Below are positions 21,135 to 31,082 of a stretch of DNA of 64,000 nucleotides, one piece after another (position 1 is the first letter of the stretch; each line of letters begins with the position of its first letter). Under the pieces are notes generated by a model that was not told where the DNA came from, ran no database searches, and saw nothing but the letters and a program-made list of their open reading frames with translations. The stretch comes from Cyanobacteriota bacterium. Its GTDB lineage: Bacteria; Cyanobacteriota; Cyanobacteriia; Cyanobacteriales; Nostocaceae. The stretch covers positions 32,001-96,000 of the forward strand of contig JBJOKS010000009.1 in the NCBI GenBank assembly GCA_046045965.1. The letters run 5' to 3'. The position numbers and the translations under genes are program-made.

Positions 21135-22157
21135 TTAAATTGTGATGGGAGCATCAATATTCACTGCTTCCTCTGCAACCTCAAAATCAATACCAAATCC
21201 TTGAAGTTGCATGGTAATATTTTGTTTGGCTATATCTAGTAATTGATGACGCATATCCATACCTATTTCCCCAGCACCGAGAATAAAAAAGCTAATTTGT
21301 GCCTGGGTAGTATGAGTTTTTTCATCTTGATATATATCTTTAAACTTTACTTCAGTATTACGGGAATCAATACCAAATAAATCCTTGGTACTTTCTAAGA
21401 TAACCTGACGAATTAAAGCTCTTTCATTTTCGTTGATTTTTTGATAGAACTTCAAATAAATTAAGGAAACAACTTTTCTACCTCCTGTGAAGTTTTCAAT
21501 ATTTAATTGAATTAGTGAATCGTTGGGAACTATAGTTACAGTTCCTTTACCGGAATTTCTAATTTTAGTAGAACGTAAACCTATTGATTCTACTTTACCA
21601 AATGTCCCATCCGGTAAACCAATATAGTCATCAACTACAAAAGGTCTATCAATATAAATGACTATTCCACCTAATAACTGTTGCAAGGTTTGTTTAGCTG
21701 CAAAAGCCAAAGCTACTCCTCCAATTCCTAAACTTGTTAATAACCCTAAGAGATTGATTTGATGAGCTTGAGCAAAAATGCAGAAGATGATGATAAAAAT
21801 TAGACCTTTGGCTATAATATTAGATACTACTAATATTTCACCGTTCATTTTTTGCTTAATCGCTGACTCTAGCACATAATAATTGAAGAATTTATCAAAC
21901 AAACGGGAAGTTAAAACACCAACCATAATGGCTATTGATATCCCCAAGGGAATCTCTACATATTTAAGCCAAGTTTGTGGGAGAATAATTAATAAGAAGA
22001 TATCAATTACCATTAATAAACAAACAAATATTACCCATTTTCGGTAAGGTGTAATAATTTGCTCATAGATTTTCTGTAGTTGAGGTGATAAAAACTGAGT
22101 AATGATTGATTGATTCATTTTCTGCAAACAGACTGATACAATAAATTCAGAAGCCAC
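21135..22157 (-). CDS. Mechanosensitive channel, MscS family (tandem paralog)
   Basis: SLGIGGVALAFAA, DRPFVVDD, VESIGLRSTKIR; start uncertain. Confidence 0.88.
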   Translation of the reverse strand: MASEFIVSVCLQKMNQSIITQFLSPQLQKIYEQIITPYRKWVIFVCLLMVIDIFLLIILPQTWLKYVEIPLGISIAIMVGVLTSRLFDKFFNYYVLESAIKQKMNGEILVVSNIIAKGLIFIIIFCIFAQAHQINLLGLLTSLGIGGVALAFAAKQTLQQLLGGIVIYIDRPFVVDDYIGLPDGTFGKVESIGLRSTKIRNSGKGTVTIVPNDSLIQLNIENFTGGRKVVSLIYLKFYQKINENERALIRQVILESTKDLFGIDSRNTEVKFKDIYQDEKTHTTQAQISFFILGAGEIGMDMRHQLLDIAKQNITMQLQGFGIDFEVAEEAVNIDAPITI

Positions 22158-22549
22158 GCAAATATTTTACAACTATGCAAAATTTGCCTAAGTTGTTTAT
22201 AACTTTTGCTAAAACGAGTCTACTTCACACCATGACTGGGAAACTTACTTATACCCAGAAGATCAAGCTTACAAACTTGTTCGTAATTTCTGCGAGTCTA
22301 AATATTATATCAAATTTATATCAAATGGATGATAATAATTTGGATATCTTGATTAGGAACCCATTCGGATATCTTTAAATCATACTGTAGACATAGGTAA
22401 AAATCTTAATCGACCAGACAACAGTGTAATTTGAAAACAAAGATAATTGGAAAATAGCTAAGTAAAATTACTAAAATAAGATATAATACTTGATAATCAA
22501 AGATTGACTTATTCGTTAGAATCAGCTTAGACGTTAGCTAATTTCAGCT

Positions 22550-24115
22550 ATGAAATTGATTTCTGAACCATCGGTTCCTGTAAAAATCCAAAAAATGAAC
22601 CAAAGGGTGCGATGGCAGCATCCTAGCATTCAGCAACGAGGAATTGACCAAACCTCGATGATTTTAGATGATGGCAAAGAGGATAGTCCAGATTTTTCGT
22701 TTATGGTAATTGGCGATACTGGAACTAAATCTCATTACGGTTCCCATCCTCAGCGTCAAGTTGCCGAAATGATGCTAAATCATAGTGATAATTGCCGTTT
22801 TATTTTGCATACTGGTGATGTCGTTTATGTGGTGGGTTCTCGTGAGTATTATCCGCCTAATTTTATTGAACCTTACCGCGAATTTTTGGTAGGTGGAGAA
22901 AACCCCAAAAATATTGCTTATGACCAGATGGTTTTTAAGTTCCCAATTTTGCCCGTTTTAGGTAATCATGACTATTATGATGTGCCTTGGATGTATCGCT
23001 TAATCACGGGTTCAACTTTACCTTTGCGTCGGATGTTGCGTTACAAAGATATTGAAATTGGTTGGCATGGTTCAAACCAAGGTGATGCTTATACAAGAGC
23101 TTTTATTGATTATTTAGCTGCTATTTCTCCCAGCGAGTTAGAAGAACATTTAGACACATATTACACAGCTAAAAGTAATACAGGTCGTTGTTTGCGTTAC
23201 CAACCAGGACAATTTACCCGCTTACCTAATCGTTATTATACGTTTCGTTATGGTGGTATTGATTTTTTTGCCCTTGATTCTAATACTTTTAATACACCGG
23301 AACCTTTACCTGAAAAGCAAGCTGGAGATATTCGTCGGGAGTTGTTACAGCGTCGTCAACAGCTAGAACAAGAAGAATTACAAATTTTGGCAGAGTGTGA
23401 TAAACTTGACTCAGAAAATCCTGAAGAATCAGAACTACTAGCTGACTTGGGTGCTAAAGTAGACCAACTAAATGAAGTCAAGATTGATATTGAAAAGCAA
23501 TTAGAAATTCACACAAGTGCTGATGTTGATTTTGAACAACTTGATTGGTTGCGAAATCGGCTAATTGAATCTTGGCATAATTCTGAAGTGAGGGGACGGG
23601 TAATATTTTTCCATCATCCTCCTTATGTGACAGAAGCTACCAAGTGGCATCAAGGACAAACTTTAGCTGTGCGTCATCGTTTGCGGGGGGTATTTGAGCA
23701 AGTTGCGGCGGCTTTGGGTAATATAAATCAAGGTAGACCGCTTGTGGATGTGGTTTTCAATGGCCACGCGCACTGTTTGGAATATCTGCGGACGGTGGAT
23801 ACAGGATATGCCGATTCTCACATTAATTATATAGTTTGTGGTGGCAGTGGTCGCCGTCCCCGTCGCCAACGACAAGAAGGAACAGAATTAGTAGAAACCT
23901 TTACCGATGGCAATGGTGATTCTACTCATAAAGTCGCTGAGTCTTTGCTGTATGTAGGACGCAGTGGTTACGGTTCTGAGAGGAAAAAACCTTATTCTTG
24001 CTTGCGGGTGGATGTGAAAGAAGGTTTTCCGGCTAAGTTTATTATTACACCATTAGTTACAGAGCGAATAGAGGGGAAATGGTGCGATCGCCAATTAGAT
24101 CCTATTGTAATTTAA
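22550..24115 (+). CDS. Calcineurin-like metallophosphoesterase
   Basis: GDTG, HTGDVVY, GNHDY, HHPPY, NGHAH motifs, with an internal helical insert. Confidence 0.9.
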   Translation: MKLISEPSVPVKIQKMNQRVRWQHPSIQQRGIDQTSMILDDGKEDSPDFSFMVIGDTGTKSHYGSHPQRQVAEMMLNHSDNCRFILHTGDVVYVVGSREYYPPNFIEPYREFLVGGENPKNIAYDQMVFKFPILPVLGNHDYYDVPWMYRLITGSTLPLRRMLRYKDIEIGWHGSNQGDAYTRAFIDYLAAISPSELEEHLDTYYTAKSNTGRCLRYQPGQFTRLPNRYYTFRYGGIDFFALDSNTFNTPEPLPEKQAGDIRRELLQRRQQLEQEELQILAECDKLDSENPEESELLADLGAKVDQLNEVKIDIEKQLEIHTSADVDFEQLDWLRNRLIESWHNSEVRGRVIFFHHPPYVTEATKWHQGQTLAVRHRLRGVFEQVAAALGNINQGRPLVDVVFNGHAHCLEYLRTVDTGYADSHINYIVCGGSGRRPRRQRQEGTELVETFTDGNGDSTHKVAESLLYVGRSGYGSERKKPYSCLRVDVKEGFPAKFIITPLVTERIEGKWCDRQLDPIVI

Positions 24116-24819
24116 TACTCATCCTGTTGCTAAGTTGGGGAACATTACTTACTTTCTCCAACCTTCCCGCAACAGCATTACCCGTTTACGAACAGCGACA
24201 AAATCACAGCCCTGATGGTATCGGTAAATACTACATGGGGCGGGAAATTTCCCAAGTCATGGGTTATACAGGTGCAGGTTGGTTAGAAAGACCCAGCAGG
24301 GAAACGGAAGAAAAACCCAGTCAAATAGTCAATCTTCTCAGCTTAAAACCTGATGATGTAGTTGCAGATATTGGTGCTGGTACGGGATATTTAAGTTTTT
24401 TAATTGCACCTTTATTACCACAAGGTAAGGTTTTAGCAGTTGATGTTCAACCGCAAATGTTGGAGATAATTGACTATTTTAAACAAGAGAAAAATATCAA
24501 TAATGTTGAACCGATTTTAGCAACTTTAACTAATCCTAACTTACCACCAGAAAGCATAGATTTAGCAATCTTTGTAGATGCTTATCACGAGTTAGCATAT
24601 CCACAAGAAGTGATGACAGAAATTGTTAAAGCTTTAAAACCAGGTGGGAGAGTTGTGTTAGTAGAATATCGGGGAGAAAACCCCTTTATTATGATTAAAC
24701 GTTTGCACAAAATGACACAAAAACAGGTGAAAAAAGAAATGCAAGCGGTGGGTTTAGTTTATCAAGAAACGAAAAATACATTACCGCAGCAGCATTTTTT
24801 GGTTTTTGCTAAAACATGA
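24079..24819 (+). CDS. Class I SAM-dependent methyltransferase, probably exported
   Basis: VADIGAGTGY, VDAYHE, LKPGGRVVLVEY; N-terminal hydrophobic signal. Confidence 0.88.
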   Translation: MVRSPIRSYCNLILILLLSWGTLLTFSNLPATALPVYEQRQNHSPDGIGKYYMGREISQVMGYTGAGWLERPSRETEEKPSQIVNLLSLKPDDVVADIGAGTGYLSFLIAPLLPQGKVLAVDVQPQMLEIIDYFKQEKNINNVEPILATLTNPNLPPESIDLAIFVDAYHELAYPQEVMTEIVKALKPGGRVVLVEYRGENPFIMIKRLHKMTQKQVKKEMQAVGLVYQETKNTLPQQHFLVFAKT

Positions 24820-24827
24820 TTTTTTTA

Positions 24828-24955
24828 TCTCACACAGAGACGCAGAGTAACAGAGGAAGAACGCAAGAGTTTTGATATAATTAAAAAAAATCTCTCTCTT
24901 TTCTCTCTTCTCTTTCTTCCCTTCGTTTCTTCGTGTCTTCGTGGTTCGTTAAAAA
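24828..24955. repeat. Dispersed CGCAGAG/AACGAACC-type repeat (two inverted halves)
   Basis: cacagagacgcagag... and ...cttcgtgtcttcgtggttcgttaaaa; relatives at 25761-25803, 37851-37874, 46600-46712 and 50200-50229. Confidence 0.6.
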
Positions 24956-24982
24956 GAAGTTTATGAAAAATATAAATAATTT

Positions 24983-25014
24983 GTTGGGTTGCGCTGTCGC
25001 TTAACCCAACCTAC
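24983..25014 (-). repeat. GTAG-type REP hairpin
   Basis: Minus strand reads gtag-gttgggtt-aagcgacagcgc-aacccaac; lies between convergent genes. Confidence 0.7.
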
Positions 25015-25020
25015 TGTAAC

Positions 25021-25302
25021 TTATAACATTTGCGGAATCAAACTAGCTTTTTTAGCTGCACTATCCCAAACTATCCAATTGATATTATCATCCAAATCAA
25101 CTGCATTATTCGTAACTTTAAAATACAACTTTTCACCTCCTTTCACTTCAACAGCAAAATCACCTTTTTGGGCATAAACAACAATAAAACCTCTATCCCG
25201 TAAACAATACATTGCCCAATTTTTTAAAGATTGTTTATAAGGTTCGTGAGGAATAGGTGGGTTAGTAATTACGTCATTAATAACTTTTAAAACTTTTTCC
25301 AT
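25021..25302 (-). CDS. Hypothetical protein
   Basis: 93-aa ORF starting 8 bp after the VOC gene; PHEPYKQSLKNWAMYCLRDRGF. Confidence 0.75.
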   Translation of the reverse strand: MEKVLKVINDVITNPPIPHEPYKQSLKNWAMYCLRDRGFIVVYAQKGDFAVEVKGGEKLYFKVTNNAVDLDDNINWIVWDSAAKKASLIPQML

Positions 25303-25310
25303 TTTCGTAT

Positions 25311-25757
25311 CTAATGAGGATCACAACGAATTTCTATCATAAACCCATCGGGGTCATAAAAGTACACTCCTCTACCTGTGGGACGGGTAAGGGGTCCATA
25401 AGCTATGACTAAATTATTTTCCCTGATAACTGACACGGCTTGATCAAATAATTCTGGATCAATATCAAATGCTAAATGATATGCTCTAGTAAAGGATTTA
25501 CTGGGATCAGGGTCTGGTGGTAATAATTCTGGTTCTCCAAATAAGTCTAATATTGTTCCATCTGGGGTGATGAAATTAGCAACTTTTCCCTCAGCAACGA
25601 GTTGTTTTAATGTTTCGGGAATTTCTTCTCCTGTGAGTTCGTGTAATCCTAAAATATGTCCATAAAAATGGCGTGATGCTTGCATATCGGCAACGTTTAA
25701 AGCGATATGATGGACTTTGCGTAGGTAGCCGGTGGGAATGGTTTTTTGAGAAATCAT
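25311..25757 (-). CDS. VOC/glyoxalase-family protein
   Basis: VHHIALNV, HLAFDI, VYFYDPDGFMIE. Confidence 0.9.
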   Translation of the reverse strand: MISQKTIPTGYLRKVHHIALNVADMQASRHFYGHILGLHELTGEEIPETLKQLVAEGKVANFITPDGTILDLFGEPELLPPDPDPSKSFTRAYHLAFDIDPELFDQAVSVIRENNLVIAYGPLTRPTGRGVYFYDPDGFMIEIRCDPH

Positions 25758-25808
25758 ATTTTTTAACGAACCGCTTCAGACGCAGAGTACGCAGAGGGAA
25801 GAGAAAAT

Positions 25809-26402
25809 TTATGGGTTTAAAATTATCTGTAAATCTAGTATAAAACCTGGTAGGATATCTTCGCCAGAAAGTTTTGGTGGGTTGTGAAAATCAAAGTTAA
25901 TAATTTTTACATTTTTTCCTGGACGATAAATTTCTACTAGGGGTGTTTGTGGGTCAATTAACCATCCTAAAAGTGCGCCATTATCTCTATATTCTCGCAT
26001 TTTAGGGCGTAGTTTTTCTAAAGTATCAGTTTCCGAACGTAGTTCAATTACAAAATCAGGACAAAGGGGAGGAAAACGTTTTTTCTCTTCTGGGTTTAAA
26101 GCCTCCCATCGTGATAATTTTACCCAAGCTGCATCAGGACAGCGATAAGCACCACTAGGTAATTTAAATTCGGTGGAAGAGTCAAATACTTTACCTAATT
26201 TCGTTTGACGATTCCATAAACCTAAATCTGTACTTAAATTAGCATTTATAATTCCGTTTTCTCCACCTGTGGGGGGCGTAATTATTAATTCTCGTGTTTG
26301 GGTAAGTTCTAATTTCCAGGGTTCGTTAGCAATGCAAAGTTGATAAAACTGCTCATCTGTTAAACCTACTGCGGGAGGTATGTTTAAGGTGAGGGTTTCC
26401 AT
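25809..26402 (-). CDS. Uma2 (DUF820) family endonuclease-fold protein
   Basis: FYQLC..N, PPTGGE, FDSSTEF, PDAAWV, CPDFVIELRS, LGWLIDP, GEDILPGF. Confidence 0.92.
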   Translation of the reverse strand: METLTLNIPPAVGLTDEQFYQLCIANEPWKLELTQTRELIITPPTGGENGIINANLSTDLGLWNRQTKLGKVFDSSTEFKLPSGAYRCPDAAWVKLSRWEALNPEEKKRFPPLCPDFVIELRSETDTLEKLRPKMREYRDNGALLGWLIDPQTPLVEIYRPGKNVKIINFDFHNPPKLSGEDILPGFILDLQIILNP

Positions 26403-26536
26403 AGGTTTTACTCAAAGAGGTTATTTTTATTATCAGCTAATATCAGCCAAGTCAATTATTCTATCTATCAATATCAGTATTTTTGCGTTAATATTATACT
26501 AAAGAGGTAAGTTTTTTACTATGACTAAACTTGACA

Positions 26537-26998
26537 ATGATCAATGATCAGGAATTCCTTCATGGTGCTGCGTTTTTACGACTAATTGATCATGGGGAAC
26601 AAATAACTATTACTCACGCATCCTGGATACACCCGTCAATTTACTTGGTTGACACTGGTAACAGTCAGTCAGCTATTCTTTTTAAAGTTTCTAAGAAACC
26701 TAAATCTGCATGGTCTTTCACTTTAAGCAGTCAAGAAGAATCAGCATTAGAGATTCTACCCAGTAAATATGATGGGATTTCACTTTTTTTAGCTCTCATC
26801 TGTCATAAAGATGGTATCTGCTGCATACCCCAAAAACGCCTTTGGAGTGTATTGGACACAGATACAGGTATTGCTGGTCAGCATATATCTGTGTCTCGCA
26901 AACCACATGGTAGTTATCATGTCAGTGGACCTGGTAGACAGAAGATGGAACAAACAGTTCCTCAGAATGACTGGCCTCGTGTACTTTTTTGCAAATAG
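26537..26998 (+). CDS. Hypothetical protein preceding the Z1 helicase
   Basis: EFLHGAAF, W.F, LALIC..DGICC motifs; ends 10 bp before the Z1 gene ATG. Confidence 0.7.
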   Translation: MINDQEFLHGAAFLRLIDHGEQITITHASWIHPSIYLVDTGNSQSAILFKVSKKPKSAWSFTLSSQEESALEILPSKYDGISLFLALICHKDGICCIPQKRLWSVLDTDTGIAGQHISVSRKPHGSYHVSGPGRQKMEQTVPQNDWPRVLFCK

Positions 26999-27008
26999 GA
27001 TAATCCCG

Positions 27009-29210
27009 ATGACTAAGATAGATATTGCAACCGATGGATATTGTATAAATCAACTTATTCAGAGAATTAAAAATAAAATTGGCGATATAGCAGGAGAACA
27101 ATTAAAACAAACTGCTGTTGAAGTAGTCCAGAATTGTGTTGATGTCTACTCAAAAACTTTCGCATTTGGTGATGTTGGTGCTGATGGTACAGGTCTTGTG
27201 AGTAAGTCTCATAAGGGAAAAATAGCTGACGGTACTACCGGCTTAATTTACGGCAAAGTTCAAAGCGGTAAAACTAATACTACCATTGCTACATTGTCAC
27301 TAGCTCAGGCTAATAATTTCCGTTGTTTTATTGTTTTGACATCAGATAATACTTGGCTGGGTAAACAAACTGCTGATCGTTTTGCTAATCAACTTGAAGG
27401 TGGTCCTGTTGTTTTTAACTGGGAACAATGGAGAAATGATCCAGACAACTTTGCTAATAATCAATTAATTGACTACATACAAGATACTGGCGTTGTTTTA
27501 GTATCTACCAAAAATGTACGTCATTTAGATAATTTGCTGAAAGTTCTCAAATCTTCTCGTGCTAGTAGTGTACCTACTCTTATATTTGATGATGAGGCTG
27601 ATAATGCTAGTCCAAATACCAACGAAGCTAAACAAGCAAAAAAAGGAAAAGATGTAGTTCCAGATAGTGCAGTTTTTGAGAAAATAGGCAACATTCGTAA
27701 GGAAGTAGCTAATCATGTCTATGTACAAATTACTGCTACTCCTCAAAGCTTATTACTACAAAATTTAGATCATCCTTGTAAGCCTGTTTTTTGTGCTGCT
27801 CTCCCTAAACCTGGAAATAATTATATTGGCGGAGATTTATTTTTTGCAGATGATAGTAAATATTGTTGTACAAAAGTTGATCTTGAAGAACTAGATCAAC
27901 TAAAAAAACAAGGTGGTAAGATAAATCCTGGGAATAATTGGGATATTCCCCCAGGTTTGAGATTAGCTCTTTGCTGTTTCTTCTTAGGTTCAATATATAA
28001 GAGCCAAACTGCAAATAATCCAGATGCTAAATACTCTTTTCTTGCTCATATTGACCATAAGCGTATCACTCATAGCACTTTAGAAAAGGTTATCCGCAGT
28101 TTTGTTACAGAAATGGATAAGGCTATTAGAGGAAAAATATCTGTAGCAAAAAGAGAACAGGCTTTAAAATGGCTAAGTGAAGCATATCAAGAATTAAGCA
28201 GTACAGCAAATTTACCGCCATTAAGTGATTTGGTAATCCAGTTGGAGCATAAACTGAGAAATGCAATACCAAAAGTTATTGATGCCAGCAATCCTGATAA
28301 AGAACCAAAGTACAATTCTGGTATGAATATTCTCATTGGAGGTAATAGACTAGGGCGTGGTGTAACTATTGAGGGATTAATGATTACTTATTATGGACGT
28401 GATGCCAAGCAAAAGATGATGGATACAGTACATCAACACGCAAGAATGTTTGGTTATCGTCAAGAATTATTAGATGTTACTCGCCTTTTTATTCCTGAAC
28501 ATATTTTAGAAGATTTTCGAGCAATTCATGAAGCTGACGAGGGGATGCGTCAAGCGATTGGAGACGACCCCTACAATATTAAAATTACGCCAGTATGGGT
28601 GGGTCGAAAACTCCAACCTACCCGTTCTAATGTTTTGAATTTAGCAGACATTAATGCTTTCATACCAGGATCGCATATTTTTCCTCGTGACCCTTTGTGG
28701 AAAGCATCAGAAGTTAGCAGAAATGTGGAAGAGTTAAATAGGCTATTGGCTAATTATGAGAGTATAGGTGAGAAAGGAGAGTATCACGAAGTAGAAGTGG
28801 ACTTTCTTATCAAAATTCTTTCTTATATACAAAGCCGCTATTGTCCTGGATACTCCTGGAAAGATGACAGAGTTAAAGACTTGCTTGTTCAAATGAAGAC
28901 AAGAGACATCTCAAAGGGAAGGCTCAATGTTTTTCGTGGAAAAAAGGGTGAGGGACTAGATTTGACACGACAAGAACCGTCTGGATGGCTAGGTGTTGGT
29001 TTTCTCAATAATAGGGTGCTAAGTAAACCTAAAACTGAGTATCCAGATGTTCCTACTCTTTTACTTTACTATTCAAAAGGTGAGAAGAAAAAAGGTTGGG
29101 ATGAGCAACCACTTTATCTTCCAACATTAATTTTACCTAAAAGTAAATTTGTCTTCATGTTCAATTATTCTGATAAAATTGAAGAAATAGACGATAGCCA
29201 ATTAGAGTAA
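27009..29210 (+). CDS. SF2 helicase-like ATPase with Z1 domain
   Basis: Walker A GKVQSGKT, IFDDEAD, TATP, Z1 signature ILIGGNRLGRGVTIEGL and DTVHQHARMFGYR. ATG 27009 preferred over 26811. Confidence 0.88.
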   Translation: MTKIDIATDGYCINQLIQRIKNKIGDIAGEQLKQTAVEVVQNCVDVYSKTFAFGDVGADGTGLVSKSHKGKIADGTTGLIYGKVQSGKTNTTIATLSLAQANNFRCFIVLTSDNTWLGKQTADRFANQLEGGPVVFNWEQWRNDPDNFANNQLIDYIQDTGVVLVSTKNVRHLDNLLKVLKSSRASSVPTLIFDDEADNASPNTNEAKQAKKGKDVVPDSAVFEKIGNIRKEVANHVYVQITATPQSLLLQNLDHPCKPVFCAALPKPGNNYIGGDLFFADDSKYCCTKVDLEELDQLKKQGGKINPGNNWDIPPGLRLALCCFFLGSIYKSQTANNPDAKYSFLAHIDHKRITHSTLEKVIRSFVTEMDKAIRGKISVAKREQALKWLSEAYQELSSTANLPPLSDLVIQLEHKLRNAIPKVIDASNPDKEPKYNSGMNILIGGNRLGRGVTIEGLMITYYGRDAKQKMMDTVHQHARMFGYRQELLDVTRLFIPEHILEDFRAIHEADEGMRQAIGDDPYNIKITPVWVGRKLQPTRSNVLNLADINAFIPGSHIFPRDPLWKASEVSRNVEELNRLLANYESIGEKGEYHEVEVDFLIKILSYIQSRYCPGYSWKDDRVKDLLVQMKTRDISKGRLNVFRGKKGEGLDLTRQEPSGWLGVGFLNNRVLSKPKTEYPDVPTLLLYYSKGEKKKGWDEQPLYLPTLILPKSKFVFMFNYSDKIEEIDDSQLE

Positions 29211-29247
29211 TACTAAGCAAGTAATTAAAACCCTAAAAAAAGTAAAT

Positions 29248-29278
29248 GGTGGGTTATACTATCGCTAACCCACCCTAC
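29248..29278 (-). repeat. GTAG-type REP hairpin between convergent genes
   Basis: Minus strand reads gtag-ggtgggtta-gcgatagta-taacccacc. Confidence 0.7.
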
Positions 29279-29293
29279 CACTGTATTTTTCAA

Positions 29294-30310
29294 CTACCTT
29301 CGATACTCATCCCCACAGTCACCAATTAACTGATACAAATCCCGCGACTGCTGCGAAACCGCATCTATCTTTTCCACATCCTCACCATCCAAACTAAACC
29401 CAAACACCCGCGCATTATCTTCTATATGTTCTGCAATTCCTAACCTAGCACCGACAATAACACCCCCTACTGCTGGCTGATTTAAAATGTAATTTACAGC
29501 CACATTAGCCATACTCACTTGATGTTTATCTGCTATTTGTTTGAGGCTAGAAAGTAACTCTTGAAATAATCTCCAACCACCCCAAGCATCAATCATGTTT
29601 TTGTATTTCTTTAAGCTGGTGGTATTCAAATCAAAACCCCGTGGTTCAGCTTGACCTAAATATTTTTCTGATAACAAACCACCGCACACACTACCGTATG
29701 TAAACAATTTAATATCATGTTCTTGACAGAACTTAGCCATATTTACCTGTGGTCTTCTGTCTACCAAGGAATACTGCACCTGGTTAGAAACAATCTTAAT
29801 TCCTGCTTCCGTGATAATTTGCAAATGTTCTGTATCAAAATTAGTTAAAGCTAAATGCTTAATTTTGCCCTCAGTTTGCAATTCTGCCATATATTTGAGA
29901 GCATCTAAATAATTAGGATCTCGATATTCCCACCAATGGAACTGCATTAAATCTAATGATTTCACATCCATTCTACGCAGAGAAATATTAATATTTTCCT
30001 CTACTATTTGTTTCGTCATCTTCCCCGGACGCGGAACCCATTTTGTAAAAGCTTGAATATTATTAACTGCTTCCTCTCCACGAGTTGCTATTAACTGACG
30101 ACGAAATTCACCAATAAAATCTTCCGCAGGTCCATAATGGTCTGCTAAGTCCCAAGTCGTAAACCCAGCATCCACATATTGAAACATGGACTCAATAGCA
30201 GCTTTCTGGTTTATCCTTCCATGTCCTCCAGAAACCTGCCACATTCCATTTAAAATTCGGCAAATCTTTAAATCAGGGGTAAATTGTAAATAACTTGATT
30301 CAGGTAACAT
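29294..30310 (-). CDS. Aldo/keto reductase
   Basis: GMWQ, WDLADHYG, FTK, LDLMQFHWW, GKIKHLALTNF, NQVQYS. ATG 30310 avoids overlap with the cytochrome gene. Confidence 0.9.
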   Translation of the reverse strand: MLPESSYLQFTPDLKICRILNGMWQVSGGHGRINQKAAIESMFQYVDAGFTTWDLADHYGPAEDFIGEFRRQLIATRGEEAVNNIQAFTKWVPRPGKMTKQIVEENINISLRRMDVKSLDLMQFHWWEYRDPNYLDALKYMAELQTEGKIKHLALTNFDTEHLQIITEAGIKIVSNQVQYSLVDRRPQVNMAKFCQEHDIKLFTYGSVCGGLLSEKYLGQAEPRGFDLNTTSLKKYKNMIDAWGGWRLFQELLSSLKQIADKHQVSMANVAVNYILNQPAVGGVIVGARLGIAEHIEDNARVFGFSLDGEDVEKIDAVSQQSRDLYQLIGDCGDEYRR

Positions 30311-30356
30311 GATATTTTTGATGTTATTGTTTGTGTTATTGTTGTTCTTGTTCTGA

Positions 30357-30692
30357 TTATTTCCAGTTGTTTTCTGCTTGTTCCAAAACATAAGCTGCGA
30401 CATTTTCAATTTCTTCGGTTGTCAACTTTTCTTTATATGCTGACATATTACTTTTACCATTAGTGACAATATTTGTAATTGCCTCTAAAGAATCCATACC
30501 ATATTTTTTCAGTGCATTCTTTTTTAAATTCTTACCTCTTCTAATAATATTACCACCATTGATATGACATCCAGCACAATGAACGCTAAAAATTTCCGCA
30601 CCATTTTGGGTATCTAAAGCGTTAGCAGGTAAGGTAAAATTGATTATCCACAAGCAAAAAGTGAATAATATCAAAATCATTAGTTTTTTCAT
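30357..30692 (-). CDS. Cytochrome c6-like protein (c6B/c6C type)
   Basis: Signal peptide, CAGCH haem motif, NIIRRGKNL, axial Met in NMSAY; Ile where c6 has the conserved Gln. Confidence 0.85.
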   Translation of the reverse strand: MKKLMILILFTFCLWIINFTLPANALDTQNGAEIFSVHCAGCHINGGNIIRRGKNLKKNALKKYGMDSLEAITNIVTNGKSNMSAYKEKLTTEEIENVAAYVLEQAENNWK

Positions 30693-30694
30693 TT

Positions 30695-30919
30695 TTATAA
30701 AGATTCAAAATCAGATGTAAAGCCTGGAAAAGTAGCGCATTTTTCTTGAAATTCCTCTGCATCGCTAACATCCTCAATTTTATATGCCATGATGCGCGTT
30801 CCATCTGGCATTTTTTTAGAAGATATCAATTCACCTTGATAATTTCCCGCCATCGTCTTAAATTCAGCACCATAGCGTTTCCATGCTTCCCCATCACAAG
30901 TGATATTTACTCGCCACAT
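30695..30919 (-). CDS. Small hypothetical protein
   Basis: MWRVNITC...; ends 2 bp before the cytochrome start; start uncertain. Confidence 0.7.
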   Translation of the reverse strand: MWRVNITCDGEAWKRYGAEFKTMAGNYQGELISSKKMPDGTRIMAYKIEDVSDAEEFQEKCATFPGFTSDFESL

Positions 30920-31082
30920 AGTTAATTTCCGATAATTACCAGTGTTATTCATCATCTCATAATAAGTGACTTTGCACAAATCTAACTTTTGATTCTGCTT
31001 TTTCTATCTCCAGGAGGTGTGTAGAGAAAAAATCCTGTTTCATAATGACTATGTAGCATTATGATTATTATAAGGGTTAACA

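Noticed and set aside
22175..22378. 67-aa intergenic ORF (likewise 43905-44105, 42091-42392, 40712-40906)
   Set aside because: No motifs or clear SD; they lie in promoter or repeat regions or overlap real genes.
26811..27008. Long start of the Z1 ORF
   Set aside because: Overlaps the upstream gene by about 190 bp; ATG 27009 gives normal operon spacing.
16348..29210. Absence of HIP1 in the putative defence modules as proof of horizontal transfer
   Set aside because: HIP1 occurs only about once per 3 kb in this window, so absence over 2-3 kb is uninformative.
30311..30409. Asn-rich N-terminal extension of the aldo/keto reductase
   Set aside because: Overlaps the cytochrome gene and reads through a low-complexity spacer.
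30357..30692. Canonical petJ
   Set aside because: Lacks the conserved Gln and carries the IIRRGK motif of c6-like paralogs, so the symbol was withheld.
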